Shown: positions 20,270-29,366, numbered from the stretch's first letter. The stretch: DNA of 62,030 nt from Alphaproteobacteria bacterium (GCA_049612785.1 JBMZBW010000002.1:1-62030); one strand, 5' to 3'. The notes: generated from the letters alone by a model not told the origin. Made by a program: numbers and translations.

Positions 20270-21166
20270 CTATGAAATGGTGAAGGGCGAAAGGCTTTTG
20301 GCAAAGTGGTCAATGAACTCCAAGGTCACCATGGAGGGGCGCTTGATCAGCGGTCGGACAAGCGACAGGCGGTGCACCAGACGCGGCGTAAAGGGTCGGA
20401 AGTCGAGACCCTTTCCAACGTAGCGTGAAGCGTCCAGCTCACTGACGACTGACACGCCGGTTCCCTGACACACCAATTCGCAGGCGGCTGAAAACTGACG
20501 GATTTCGATATGTGAGTGCAGCGGCACGTCGGCGTTCACAAATGCCTCTGACAGACGTTGGAAGAACTCGCTGTCCTTGCGGGTATGGATGATCTTTTCT
20601 GCGCCTATGTCTGTCGGAGAAATCACGTCTAGCTTGGACAGTGCATGGCCTTTGGGGAAAATACAGACCGTCCGAATATCAATGTTCTGACTTTCAACAG
20701 CGGGGTGATTGCCAAACCCGTCGGTGATGCCAAAGTCGTATTGTTCTTCAATCATCCATTCGAGGATGCGTTCAGGTCGATCCGGCTCAATGGTCATGGT
20801 CAAACCCGGTCTTGCATCCAGAAAGTCTGCAACCACTTCGGGCAGGTGGCTTGTGGCAAATCCCGGCAAGCAGGCCACCTTGATATGACCTGCAATCCGC
20901 TTATTCACCTCCTGACTAACAATCTTGATCTGTCCCATGAGTTCGAGAACGCGGCGGATGTCGGATTGAATAAAGCGGACTTCCTGTGTGGGAATGAGCC
21001 GCCCTTCCTTGCGGTCAAACAAAGGAAATCCAAGCTCCTTCCCCAGGTCTGAAAGGAGCCTGCTTGTTGCCGGCTGACTGATGCCCAGTTCGGCAGCTGC
21101 TGCAGTGATAGATCCATTGTTCGCAACGGCAATCAAGGCTTCCAATTGGCGTAAACGCAGACTCAT
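20270..21166 (-). CDS. LysR-family transcriptional regulator
   Basis: N-terminal HTH MSLRLRQLEALIAVANNGSITAAAAELGISQPATS plus a C-terminal substrate-binding domain. I prefer ATG 21166 to the ORF-track start at 21193. Divergent from ugpB. Confidence 0.85.
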   Translation of the reverse strand: MSLRLRQLEALIAVANNGSITAAAAELGISQPATSRLLSDLGKELGFPLFDRKEGRLIPTQEVRFIQSDIRRVLELMGQIKIVSQEVNKRIAGHIKVACLPGFATSHLPEVVADFLDARPGLTMTIEPDRPERILEWMIEEQYDFGITDGFGNHPAVESQNIDIRTVCIFPKGHALSKLDVISPTDIGAEKIIHTRKDSEFFQRLSEAFVNADVPLHSHIEIRQFSAACELVCQGTGVSVVSELDASRYVGKGLDFRPFTPRLVHRLSLVRPLIKRPSMVTLEFIDHFAKSLSPFTIS

Positions 21167-21294
21167 CCGGACCTCCTGTCTTTTGCGCCCCAAAGCACTT
21201 CAGTCCTTCATGTTCAAAGTCAAATGAAGTGGGCTTCTTGCGCGGATATCGCGACAGGTTTTAGCGCAGACGAACCTGTTTCGACTACAAAAAA

Positions 21295-21309
21295 CATAAC
21301 ATCATGTTA
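21295..21309. promoter_or_regulatory. candidate LysR-type operator (T-N11-A dyad ATAACAT-C-ATGTTAT)
   Basis: Perfect 7-bp inverted repeat containing T-N11-A, in the AT-rich divergent lysR/ugpB intergenic region. Confidence 0.4.
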
Positions 21310-21469
21310 TATTTTTTTTTAATTTACTGATCTTGAATTATATTCGTAGTTGGTTACTCTTCCCCTGTCGCCGTCCTGCAAGTGATAGACGCGCGACGCT
21401 TCAGTACGCGAAGCCCACGTGGATTTTGCGGGGAGAAATTGCACCTTTTCAGGTGTCTGGGAGGAAAAT

Positions 21470-22783
21470 ATGACTAAACACTTACTCGGCGCCATTGCCG
21501 TAACGGGCGCCGCATTGATGCCGTTGACGGCAAAAGCTCAGACTGAAGTTCAGTTCTGGCACGCCTTCACAGGGCGTCTTGGGGAACTGGTAACAGCGCA
21601 GGTTGCTGACTTCAATGCGAGCCAAAGCGACTTCACCGTGGTGGAAACTCACAAGGGCAACTACTCTGAAACCCTGAATGCTGGTATTGCCGCCTTCCGT
21701 GCTGGCGAGCAGCCGCATGTCCTGATGGTATACGAAGTCGGGACGGCAACGATGATGGCCGCCGGTGGCGCGATCAAGCCAGTCTACGAAGTAATGGCTG
21801 AGAGTGGTGCCGACTTTGACCCTGATGCCTACATCGGCGCGGTCAAGGGCTACTACACCACCACCGATGGCGACATGCTGTCCCTGCCTTTCAACTCATC
21901 GACCCCTGTTCTGTGGGTGAACCGGGATGCTATGGCTGCTGCCGGTGTTGATCCAGATACTGACATGTCCACCTGGGAGCAGGTTGAAGATGTCTTGGGT
22001 CAGCTGCAGGCCGGTGGTGAAGACTGCCCGCTTGTCACCGCTTGGCAGAGCTGGATTCACCTCGAGAACTTCAGCGCTTACCACAACGTTGAGTTCGCGA
22101 CCCAAGATAACGGTTTTGCGGGTCTGGACACCGAACTGATGCTTAACGGTCCAGCACAGGTTGCTCACCTCTCTAAAATGGGCGAGTGGGCTGCTGACGG
22201 TAAGTTCATCTACACCGGTCGTCGCAACGAAGGTGGCGCGAACTTCCGTGCGGGTGAGTGTGCTCTGTTCACGGAAAGCTCTGCTGGTTACGCCGGCATC
22301 AGCTCTGAAGCTGAGTTCGACTTCGAAGTGCGTCCGTTGCCGTACTGGTCTGCTGTGGCAAGTGAGCCGCAGAACACCATCATCGGCGGTGCGTCCCTTT
22401 GGGTGCTCTCCGGTCATGATTCCGACGAGTACAAGGGCGTTGGCGAGTTCCTGAGCTTCCTGTCCTCCACGGATGTACAGGCAGCGTGGCACCAGAACAC
22501 CGGCTATCTGCCGATTACGGCTGCTGCTGGTGACGCAACGCGCGCTTCTGGCTTCTATGATGAGAACCCTGGCACCGACATTGCGGTTATTCAGATGACG
22601 GCTAACCAGCCAACTGCGAACTCCAAGGGCCTGCGTCTGGGTTCCTTCGATCAGATCCGTGGTATCATCGATGAAGAGCTGGAAGCCATCTGGTCTGGTG
22701 ACAAGACGGCTCAGGCTGCAATGGATAGCGCAAAAGAGCGTGGCGATGCTCTGCTGCGTCGTTTCGAGGCGGCTAACCGCTAA
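21470..22783 (+). CDS. ugpB: sn-glycerol-3-phosphate/glycerophosphodiester ABC transporter substrate-binding protein
   Basis: ATG 21470 follows GGGAGGA. Signal peptide MTKHLLGAIAVTGAALMPLTAKAQ. About 437-aa family-1 SBP, heading a ugpAEC-ugpQ operon. Confidence 0.8.
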   Translation: MTKHLLGAIAVTGAALMPLTAKAQTEVQFWHAFTGRLGELVTAQVADFNASQSDFTVVETHKGNYSETLNAGIAAFRAGEQPHVLMVYEVGTATMMAAGGAIKPVYEVMAESGADFDPDAYIGAVKGYYTTTDGDMLSLPFNSSTPVLWVNRDAMAAAGVDPDTDMSTWEQVEDVLGQLQAGGEDCPLVTAWQSWIHLENFSAYHNVEFATQDNGFAGLDTELMLNGPAQVAHLSKMGEWAADGKFIYTGRRNEGGANFRAGECALFTESSAGYAGISSEAEFDFEVRPLPYWSAVASEPQNTIIGGASLWVLSGHDSDEYKGVGEFLSFLSSTDVQAAWHQNTGYLPITAAAGDATRASGFYDENPGTDIAVIQMTANQPTANSKGLRLGSFDQIRGIIDEELEAIWSGDKTAQAAMDSAKERGDALLRRFEAANR

Positions 22784-22809
22784 TCATTGATTGGCTTGTA
22801 AAGTAACGG

Positions 22810-22834
22810 GCGGGCCATAATGGCCCGCTCTTTT
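22810..22834 (+). terminator. intra-operon hairpin/attenuator after ugpB
   Basis: 7-bp GC stem GCGGGCC (22810-22816) / GGCCCGC (22822-22828), loop ATAAT, then TCTTTT. Confidence 0.5.
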
Positions 22835-22853
22835 CATCGAATGGATTACTTTC

Positions 22854-23735
22854 GTGGAAAAACGCGTCACCTTTCGCGGATGGCTACTGCCGCTCTTGCT
22901 GATCGCACCACAGGTCATCATCTCAGCGGTCTTTTTCTTCTATCCTGCCGCGCAAGCGGTCTGGCAGTCGCTGTTTATTCCTGATCCGTTTGGGCTTTCG
23001 GCCCGCTTTGTCGGCCTTGGCAATTTCGAGTTTTTGCTGTCTGACAAATTTTACCGCGCGTCCTTTGTGACCACGGCGATTTTTTCCGTTCTCGTGACCC
23101 TCTGCTCGATGATCCCTGCGTTATTCCTCGCTGTGAACGCTGATCGCTTGATCAAGAGCTCAGGGGCCTACCGAACCTTACTCATTTGGCCCTATGCAGT
23201 AGCACCAGCGGTTGCGGGTGTTCTATGGCTGTTCATGTTCAACACGCGCGTGGGTGTGGTTTCCTGGTACCTCGGCCAACTGGGTTATGATTGGAACCAC
23301 GTGCTCAACGGTGGCGAGGCTATGGGGCTGGTTGTCTTTGCCTCCGCCTGGGGACGGATCAGCTATAATTTCCTGTTTTTCTTTGCGGCGCTGCAAGCGA
23401 TTCCGAAATCTGTTGTCGAGGCTGCTGCGATTGATGGTGCGCATTTTTGGCGTCGGTTCTTTACAATCGTGCTGCCCTTGCTGTCGCCGATTACTTTCTT
23501 CCTGCTGGTCGTAAACATCGTCTACGCGTTTTTCGAAACCTTCGGCGTGATCCATACGATAACTGCGGGTGGTCCTCAGCAGTCTACGACCATTCTGGTC
23601 TATAAAATCTTTGCCGATGGCTTTGTCGGACAGGATCTTGGCTCGTCCGCTGCGCAGTCCGTCATCTTGCTGGTCGTCGTCGGTCTGCTCACGGTCGTGC
23701 AGTTCAAGTACATCGAGAAGCGGGTGCACTACTGA
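22854..23735 (+). CDS. ugpA: ABC transporter permease UgpA
   Basis: 293-aa MalF/UgpA-type permease with the EAA loop region ([20 protein letters not shown]). Confidence 0.85.
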   Translation: MEKRVTFRGWLLPLLLIAPQVIISAVFFFYPAAQAVWQSLFIPDPFGLSARFVGLGNFEFLLSDKFYRASFVTTAIFSVLVTLCSMIPALFLAVNADRLIKSSGAYRTLLIWPYAVAPAVAGVLWLFMFNTRVGVVSWYLGQLGYDWNHVLNGGEAMGLVVFASAWGRISYNFLFFFAALQAIPKSVVEAAAIDGAHFWRRFFTIVLPLLSPITFFLLVVNIVYAFFETFGVIHTITAGGPQQSTTILVYKIFADGFVGQDLGSSAAQSVILLVVVGLLTVVQFKYIEKRVHY

Positions 23736-24595
23736 TGGCTAAGCACAATCGAAGCGGTATGGTGGAACGGCGTGGCATCGGGATCTGGATTGCTCATGGC
23801 GTGATGATTGTGGGCGTGCTGGTCATCTTTTTTCCCATCTGGCTGGCCTTTGTCGCCTCGACAGTGACCCAACCGGAAATCGTTTCGCCGCCCATGCCGC
23901 TGTGGCCGGGAGACCAGTTTTTCGCAAACTACAAAGCGGCGCTTTTCTCTGGCGTCAACGTGCCTGTCGGTAAAATGCTGATGAACAGTCTGATCATGGC
24001 AATCGGGATTGCCGTGGGGAAGATCATCATCTCGCTCCTGTCGGCCTTTGCCATAGTCTATTTTCGCTTTCCTGGCCGCTCGATATTCTTTTGGATGATT
24101 TTCTTGACGCTCATGCTGCCCGTCGAAGTGCGGATTGTGCCAACCTTTGAGGTCATTGCCGATCTTGGGATGCTTAACAGCTATCAGGGGCTGATCCTGC
24201 CGCTGATCGCCTCAGCCACAGCCACCTTCCTGTTCCGGCAGTTCTTCATGACCATTCCCGACGAATTGGCTGAAGCTGCGCGGGTGGACGGCGCGTCTCC
24301 TATGAAATTCTTTATCGATATCGTTGTACCGATGAGCCGGACCAACATGGCGGCGCTGTTCGTGATTTTGTTCATCTACGGCTGGAACCAGTACCTGTGG
24401 CCGCTCATGATCACCACGGACCCGGAAATGAACACCATCGTCATGGGCATCAAGCAAATGTTCCCCTCGGGTGATGATATCGCTGATTGGCCGGTCATCA
24501 TGGCAACCTCCATCCTCGCCATGATACCGCCGGTAATCGTGGTTGTATCCATGCAGCGGCTGTTCGTCCGCGGTCTTGTTGATAGCGAGAAATAA
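23735..24595 (+). CDS. ugpE: ABC transporter permease UgpE
   Basis: 286-aa MalG/UgpE-type permease with the EAA loop ([20 protein letters not shown]). Its start abuts the ugpA stop. Confidence 0.85.
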   Translation: MAKHNRSGMVERRGIGIWIAHGVMIVGVLVIFFPIWLAFVASTVTQPEIVSPPMPLWPGDQFFANYKAALFSGVNVPVGKMLMNSLIMAIGIAVGKIIISLLSAFAIVYFRFPGRSIFFWMIFLTLMLPVEVRIVPTFEVIADLGMLNSYQGLILPLIASATATFLFRQFFMTIPDELAEAARVDGASPMKFFIDIVVPMSRTNMAALFVILFIYGWNQYLWPLMITTDPEMNTIVMGIKQMFPSGDDIADWPVIMATSILAMIPPVIVVVSMQRLFVRGLVDSEK

Positions 24596-24598
24596 CAA

Positions 24599-25651
24599 AT
24601 GGCAACCGTTGAACTGAAAAACGTTAAGAAGAGCTTTGGAGCAACGGAGGTCATCCACGGCGTCGACGTGGATATCGTCGATGGCGAGTTTATTGTCATC
24701 GTTGGGCCATCGGGTTGCGGAAAGTCCACCCTGTTGCGGATGGTGGCTGGCCTTGAAACGGTCACTTCGGGTGAGGTCGTGATTGGCGGAGACGTCGCCA
24801 ATGACAAAGAGCCCATGGACCGCGATATCGCTATGGTGTTCCAGAACTACGCGCTTTACCCGCACATGTCCGTGCGGCGGAATATGGGGTATGGGTTGAA
24901 AAACGCCGGCATGCCGCGCGATCAGATCGACGCCAAAGTGACCGAAGCGGCGCAAATGCTGCAGCTTGAGGAATTGCTCGACCGCAAACCAAGTCAGCTC
25001 TCTGGCGGGCAGCGCCAGCGTGTTGCCATGGGCCGCGCTATCGTTCGCGAACCCGCCGTTTTCCTGTTTGATGAACCGCTGTCCAACCTTGATGCCAAAC
25101 TACGGGTGCAGATGCGGCTTGAAATCAAAGCGCTTCAAAGCAAGCTCGGCGTCACCTCGCTCTACGTCACGCACGATCAGGTAGAAGCCATGACCATGGC
25201 GGACCGAATGATTGTGCTCAACGGCGGCGTGGCGGAGCAGATTGGGACGCCCCTGGATGTTTACACGCGCCCCCGCACCCTTTTCGCCGCCCAATTCATT
25301 GGCAGTCCCGCGATGAATGTGGTCGATGCCGAAGTTGTGGGGGGAAAGATCATGCTCGGTGGCGAAGCGGTCGGTAGCAGCGACCTCGCGGATCAACCGG
25401 TTAAACTTGGCTTCCGTCCGGAGCACATGGAACTCAATGAGCAAGGCCCCATTCGTTTGCGGGTCCAAATGTCCGAACCGCTGGGTGCAAATACCTTGTT
25501 CCACGGACAATTGCAGCCTTTGGGCAAGGATGCCACAGCCAGCTTGCCCGGCGTGCATCCCATTGAGGAAGCCGGGGGTGAAAGGTGCTTCACCGTTGCA
25601 GTCGAAAATCTTCATCTCTTTGATGTCACCACAAGCCGGAGGCTGAACTAA
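24599..25651 (+). CDS. ugpC: ABC transporter ATP-binding protein UgpC (MalK-like)
   Basis: Walker A GPSGCGKST, signature LSGGQRQR, Walker B FLFDEPLS and a C-terminal MalK-type regulatory domain. Confidence 0.9.
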   Translation: MATVELKNVKKSFGATEVIHGVDVDIVDGEFIVIVGPSGCGKSTLLRMVAGLETVTSGEVVIGGDVANDKEPMDRDIAMVFQNYALYPHMSVRRNMGYGLKNAGMPRDQIDAKVTEAAQMLQLEELLDRKPSQLSGGQRQRVAMGRAIVREPAVFLFDEPLSNLDAKLRVQMRLEIKALQSKLGVTSLYVTHDQVEAMTMADRMIVLNGGVAEQIGTPLDVYTRPRTLFAAQFIGSPAMNVVDAEVVGGKIMLGGEAVGSSDLADQPVKLGFRPEHMELNEQGPIRLRVQMSEPLGANTLFHGQLQPLGKDATASLPGVHPIEEAGGERCFTVAVENLHLFDVTTSRRLN

Positions 25652-26649
25652 TCGCTAAGTTTCGCCAACTGGATGCATTTCGCGGCGACGCCGAGACCAT
25701 CCGGATCGTCGGCCATCGTGGTGCGCGTGGGGTTTTGCCGGAGAATAGCCTCGAAGGGTTTGACTTTGCTTTGACGATAGGTGTCGAGCTGCTGGAGTTT
25801 GATGTCGTGCTTACCAGAGACAGTGAGCCGGTCATCACCCACAACCATCGCCTGCACAGTGCCAGCTTCCGAGACACGGACGGGCTTTTTCTGCGAGGGG
25901 AGGAGCCAAAGGTTTCCTCACTTAAGCTGGAAGATGTCGCGCGTTTCGACATTGGGCGACTGAACGGGCATTCCATCTATGGTCAACGTTTCCCGGATCA
26001 GGCGCAAATGGATGGCATTCGGGTTCCGAGGCTGGATGATCTGTTGAATCTGGTCACGCAGCCCCAGAACCATCGCGCTCATCTGCTGCTAGAGATCAAG
26101 TCTGACCCTGACATGGCGCAGGATCCCGATTATCGTCACCGGTTGGTGGCTGAAGTGGTCAGGCGGGTGCGCGCGGCTGGCGTCGAAAACCGCACTCTCC
26201 TGCACAGTTTTGACTGGAACCTGCTTGCCGAGTGTCAGCGCCAAGCGCCCGATATACCGGCTTCGTACCTGAGTCAGATGCCGGAAAACAAGGCTGATGC
26301 GGGCGAGGATTCTGCGCTGGATGTCACGCCACTCTTCGAGCATGGCGTGCAAAGCATTCCAACAAAGGTCAAGGAAGCGGGGGGCCAACTCTGGTGCCCC
26401 TACTACGCCGATATTACGCCCGAAAGTCTCGCGACGGCTCGAGCCCTCGGCCTGGTGGTGCTGGTCTGGACGGTCAACGATCTGGTCGACATTGACCGGA
26501 TGATCGATCTTCACGTGGATGCCATCTGTACCGACTATCCGGGGCGGGTGCAGCGCAGATTGGCAGATCGGGGCTATCGATGGCTGGACCACAGCGAGCC
26601 TTCCCCTTCAGGGCTGCTGGATCAGCGTAAATCGGTTCCGAGCGCCTAG
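25651..26649 (+). CDS. ugpQ: glycerophosphodiester phosphodiesterase
   Basis: GDPD motifs IVGHRGARGVLPENS and LEFDV. The start is uncertain: the ORF-track TTG at 25735 lies downstream of the catalytic HRG motif. The only upstream in-frame options are ATC 25651 (GGAGG 8 nt upstream) or CTG 25669. Confidence 0.7.
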   Translation: MAKFRQLDAFRGDAETIRIVGHRGARGVLPENSLEGFDFALTIGVELLEFDVVLTRDSEPVITHNHRLHSASFRDTDGLFLRGEEPKVSSLKLEDVARFDIGRLNGHSIYGQRFPDQAQMDGIRVPRLDDLLNLVTQPQNHRAHLLLEIKSDPDMAQDPDYRHRLVAEVVRRVRAAGVENRTLLHSFDWNLLAECQRQAPDIPASYLSQMPENKADAGEDSALDVTPLFEHGVQSIPTKVKEAGGQLWCPYYADITPESLATARALGLVVLVWTVNDLVDIDRMIDLHVDAICTDYPGRVQRRLADRGYRWLDHSEPSPSGLLDQRKSVPSA

Positions 26650-26852
26650 TCAGGCTCTGAGCGAGAAACCATCGTTGCGGCCCGGACAGGCGCTGGTATT
26701 CCAGCCGCTTCACCGGTTTGCACCGAGAAGTTTTCAGAAAAATCATTGTTGCCTAAACTTGTTTTCCGATAATCTCAAAGCGCCAGCAATGCTCGTGAGG
26801 CCGCTTTCAGGTTTCGTTAAGGCATATTTCAACAATGTCAGGAGCGTCGGAA

Positions 26853-27563
26853 ATGAAGAAAGCGTTAGCCGACGAGGTGGCCACAATCATCAATGGTTCA
26901 AATTTTGATGAATGGTATCGGCTCCGCGATAAGTACAACGGCATATTCTCAGAATACGGTGACGGTCGTCACCCCGAATCAAGTTTTCGGCACGCTAAGA
27001 ATTATTCCAAGTATTTTGACCTCGATAAGCACCTGAAATATCACCTACGTTTCATTAGGCTGCTGAATTTGGATGAAGAAACAGGCTCTAAGCGCGTTCT
27101 GGATTTGGGATGCGGAGCGGGACTATTTCTTTATTTATGTCAATACTATGGGCACTCCGGCGTTGGTCTCGACATCAGTTCCGATATGTATCGGCAGATG
27201 GCTGAAATACTGAAAGTAAACTGGCGAGCGGCCCCTGTTTTGGCCTACGAGCCGTTGCCGGATGATATGCAGGATTTCGACATCGTCTCAGCCATTGCAG
27301 TCAAGTTCGATCGTCTGGACTGGGGGCCGCAGGGTTCCGAGCCTTGGGATTTGCCTGCTTGGGAATTTTTTCTCAAGGATGCGGCACATCGACTAAAGCC
27401 GGGAGGGTGCATCTTTTTAAAGCCCAACTACGCGGTTCATCCCACAGAAGACGCCCCTGGGATCTTTTTTCAAGATCAAAGGATTGAGCCTTTTCTCAAA
27501 TCAATCGCAAGCGAAGTCACGCCGGATACGGGCTATGTGATACCGCGGGATAAAGTGGTCTGA
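26853..27563 (+). CDS. class I SAM-dependent methyltransferase, orphan
   Basis: Motif I VLDLGCGAG, post-I GLD, FDIVSA and LKPGGCIF. ATG 26853 lies 8 nt after AGGAG. GC is lower than in neighbouring genes. Confidence 0.7.
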   Translation: MKKALADEVATIINGSNFDEWYRLRDKYNGIFSEYGDGRHPESSFRHAKNYSKYFDLDKHLKYHLRFIRLLNLDEETGSKRVLDLGCGAGLFLYLCQYYGHSGVGLDISSDMYRQMAEILKVNWRAAPVLAYEPLPDDMQDFDIVSAIAVKFDRLDWGPQGSEPWDLPAWEFFLKDAAHRLKPGGCIFLKPNYAVHPTEDAPGIFFQDQRIEPFLKSIASEVTPDTGYVIPRDKVV

Positions 27564-28011
27564 GGTTAAGTCTGAAGGGCCCAACCACCTGACTTTACCA
27601 CCCCTAGACGTTGTTGTCGGCCACCGCGCGTAATCCGATGGCTTGAGCCTTGCTGTCCTTGGCTGTTTGGCTGCGATTAGCGCGCCTGCCTGTGTGAGGG
27701 CGGAAGCGCTTCAATCTTCTTTCGTTCATCTGTGTTTTTGAATTTCGATCAGCTGGTTTCGGCTGGCTCAAGATCGCGCATCCCTATACGGACCTTTAGC
27801 CGTTTTGTGTCGAGTTTAAAGACGCAAAAATCTCGATAACAAAGCAATGAATGTGAGATGGGGTTCAAAATACTCGATTTAACTTGACTTTATAGAGGGC
27901 GTGGCAAATGCTTACTGTGCCGGCCAGTCTTGGAATAGGAAGTTCGGTGAACTGGCTGTGTTCTGGGCTTTGGGGTGAAAGACCTAAGGCCAGCAACTGG
28001 GGAGTGGGAAA

Positions 28012-29196
28012 ATGAAATTCCTGAAGAATGCAGCGCTGACAGTCTTTGGCGTCAGTGCAATTGTCACAAGCGCAAGTTCAACTGTGGCACTTAGCGAGAC
28101 CATGAAGATCGGTATGCCGGTCGCGCAGACGGAGTTTATGGCGGTTTTTGACCAGCCCTTCGCCGCTGGTTTCATGATGGGCGTCGAAGAGATTAACGCT
28201 GCTGGCGGTATTGGAGGCTCTGTAATGCTTGAAGTTGCTCAGCAGGACACGCGCTCTGAAGCCGCGCAGTCCATGTTGCTGATGCAAGAGATGATCGATA
28301 ACGGTGCCAAGGTCATCTTCATGTCAGCAGGCACTTCAGACGTTTATGCCGCAGGCTCAATTGCCAGTCAGTCAGAGGTGCTGGCCTTCACCGCTGCGAC
28401 CGTGGCGGGGTTCGATAATGTAACGGGCGAGTACGTACGCACCTTGGGACCGGGTGATAATCAGGCTGCTGCAGCTGGCGCGCACTTCGCCGCTGATGGT
28501 CTGGGGGCGAAAACGGCCTTTCTGCTGACGTCACCAGATGATCCGTACACAGCCTATTCCACCGGCTACTTTGCTTCTGCTTTTGAGGCAAAGGGGGGTG
28601 AGATCATCGGCGAGGCTTCCTTTAACCTGTTCCAGCAGGAGTTTGGGAACGTCGTGCAGCAGATCCGTTCCTTGCCGAGCGAGCCGGATGTTATCTTTAC
28701 CTATGCGTTCGAGCCAGATTTCCCGATTTTGGTTCGTCAGGTTCGGGCTGCGGGTATTGGTTCCGCCATCCTTGGTGGGGATGCCATTGACTCCCCAACC
28801 ATTTACGCGATGGGGTCAGCGGCCAATGGCGTTTACCACATGACCCTGCTGCCCGAAGACCTTGAGAGCCGGGAATCCATGACAAACCTGATCCCCGCGG
28901 TTCAGGCCGCTTACGGTGCCGGTGCTGGTCTGGATGCCTTCACGACGTCGGGTTATCTGACAGCGATGCTGGTTCGTGATGCTGTGCTTGCTACGGGCTC
29001 TACGGACCCCAGAGACTTGAATGCCTGGATCAGTAATCTCGAAGACTACGACACGGGAATGGGTCCTCTGACCTACAAAGGCGTAGGGGCTCAGCCACTG
29101 GCCACCATGCATTTTGTTGAAGTCGTCGATGGTGCTCGGGAATATCGCGGGACCGTGCGCCTAAGCGCCGATCAAATTCCAGCCGCTGTTCAGTAA
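28012..29196 (+). CDS. Liv-type (branched-chain amino acid/amide family) ABC transporter substrate-binding protein
   Basis: Signal peptide MKFLKNAALTVFGVSAIVTSASS, then IGMPV...GVEEINAAGGIGG typical of type-I PBP/LivJ-like proteins. 394 aa. Confidence 0.8.
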   Translation: MKFLKNAALTVFGVSAIVTSASSTVALSETMKIGMPVAQTEFMAVFDQPFAAGFMMGVEEINAAGGIGGSVMLEVAQQDTRSEAAQSMLLMQEMIDNGAKVIFMSAGTSDVYAAGSIASQSEVLAFTAATVAGFDNVTGEYVRTLGPGDNQAAAAGAHFAADGLGAKTAFLLTSPDDPYTAYSTGYFASAFEAKGGEIIGEASFNLFQQEFGNVVQQIRSLPSEPDVIFTYAFEPDFPILVRQVRAAGIGSAILGGDAIDSPTIYAMGSAANGVYHMTLLPEDLESRESMTNLIPAVQAAYGAGAGLDAFTTSGYLTAMLVRDAVLATGSTDPRDLNAWISNLEDYDTGMGPLTYKGVGAQPLATMHFVEVVDGAREYRGTVRLSADQIPAAVQ

Positions 29197-29219
29197 CGCG
29201 GGAATTTGTCATGCTCTCG

Positions 29220-29248
29220 CAAGACCCTGCACCATCCGCAGGGTCTTG
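29220..29248 (+). promoter_or_regulatory. 11-bp perfect hairpin between the SBP and permease genes
   Basis: CAAGACCCTGC (29220-29230) / GCAGGGTCTTG (29238-29248) with a 7-nt loop and no T-run. Likely an mRNA-stabilising or attenuating stem-loop. Confidence 0.45.
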
Positions 29249-29366
29249 GGGGAGATCCTCCTCTTTCTGCCTCGTGCTGTGTTTTGGCTTGAGTGCCAAG
29301 GCATAAGCAGATGCTGCTGGCATCAACAGGGCGATAAGGACCCTCTTTGATCTGGGTTGCCGGGAT

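Noticed and set aside
20235-21193. An integrative element inserted at tRNA-Thr, with integrase and att repeat.
   Set aside because: The first gene after the tRNA is a LysR regulator. No integrase, excisionase or transposase motifs appear anywhere in the window, and I could not find a repeat of the tRNA 3' end. I kept only a weaker accessory-block observation.
21364-21381. A Pho box upstream of ugpB (CTGTCGC-cgtc-CTGCAAG).
   Set aside because: Only the first heptamer resembles CTGTCAT (5/7). The second is about 3-4/7. This is too weak to call without a PhoB regulon model for this organism.
27604-27882. Short ORFs in the 448-nt gap: a 41-codon minus-strand ORF (27604-27729) and an 11-codon plus-strand ORF (27847-27882, a possible leader peptide).
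   Set aside because: Neither has a Shine-Dalgarno sequence or a recognisable motif. At this length they are expected by chance. They are mentioned under the gap finding only.
27890-28011. A known riboswitch (glycine, guanidine-I/II/III, TPP, SAM, cobalamin) in the leader of the Liv-type SBP gene.
   Set aside because: I could not find the conserved cores by eye (for example ACGR-loop hairpin pairs, the GGGA..CCGAGAG of ykkC, or the glycine CACCGAAGGGG-type core). A covariance-model scan is needed before any claim.
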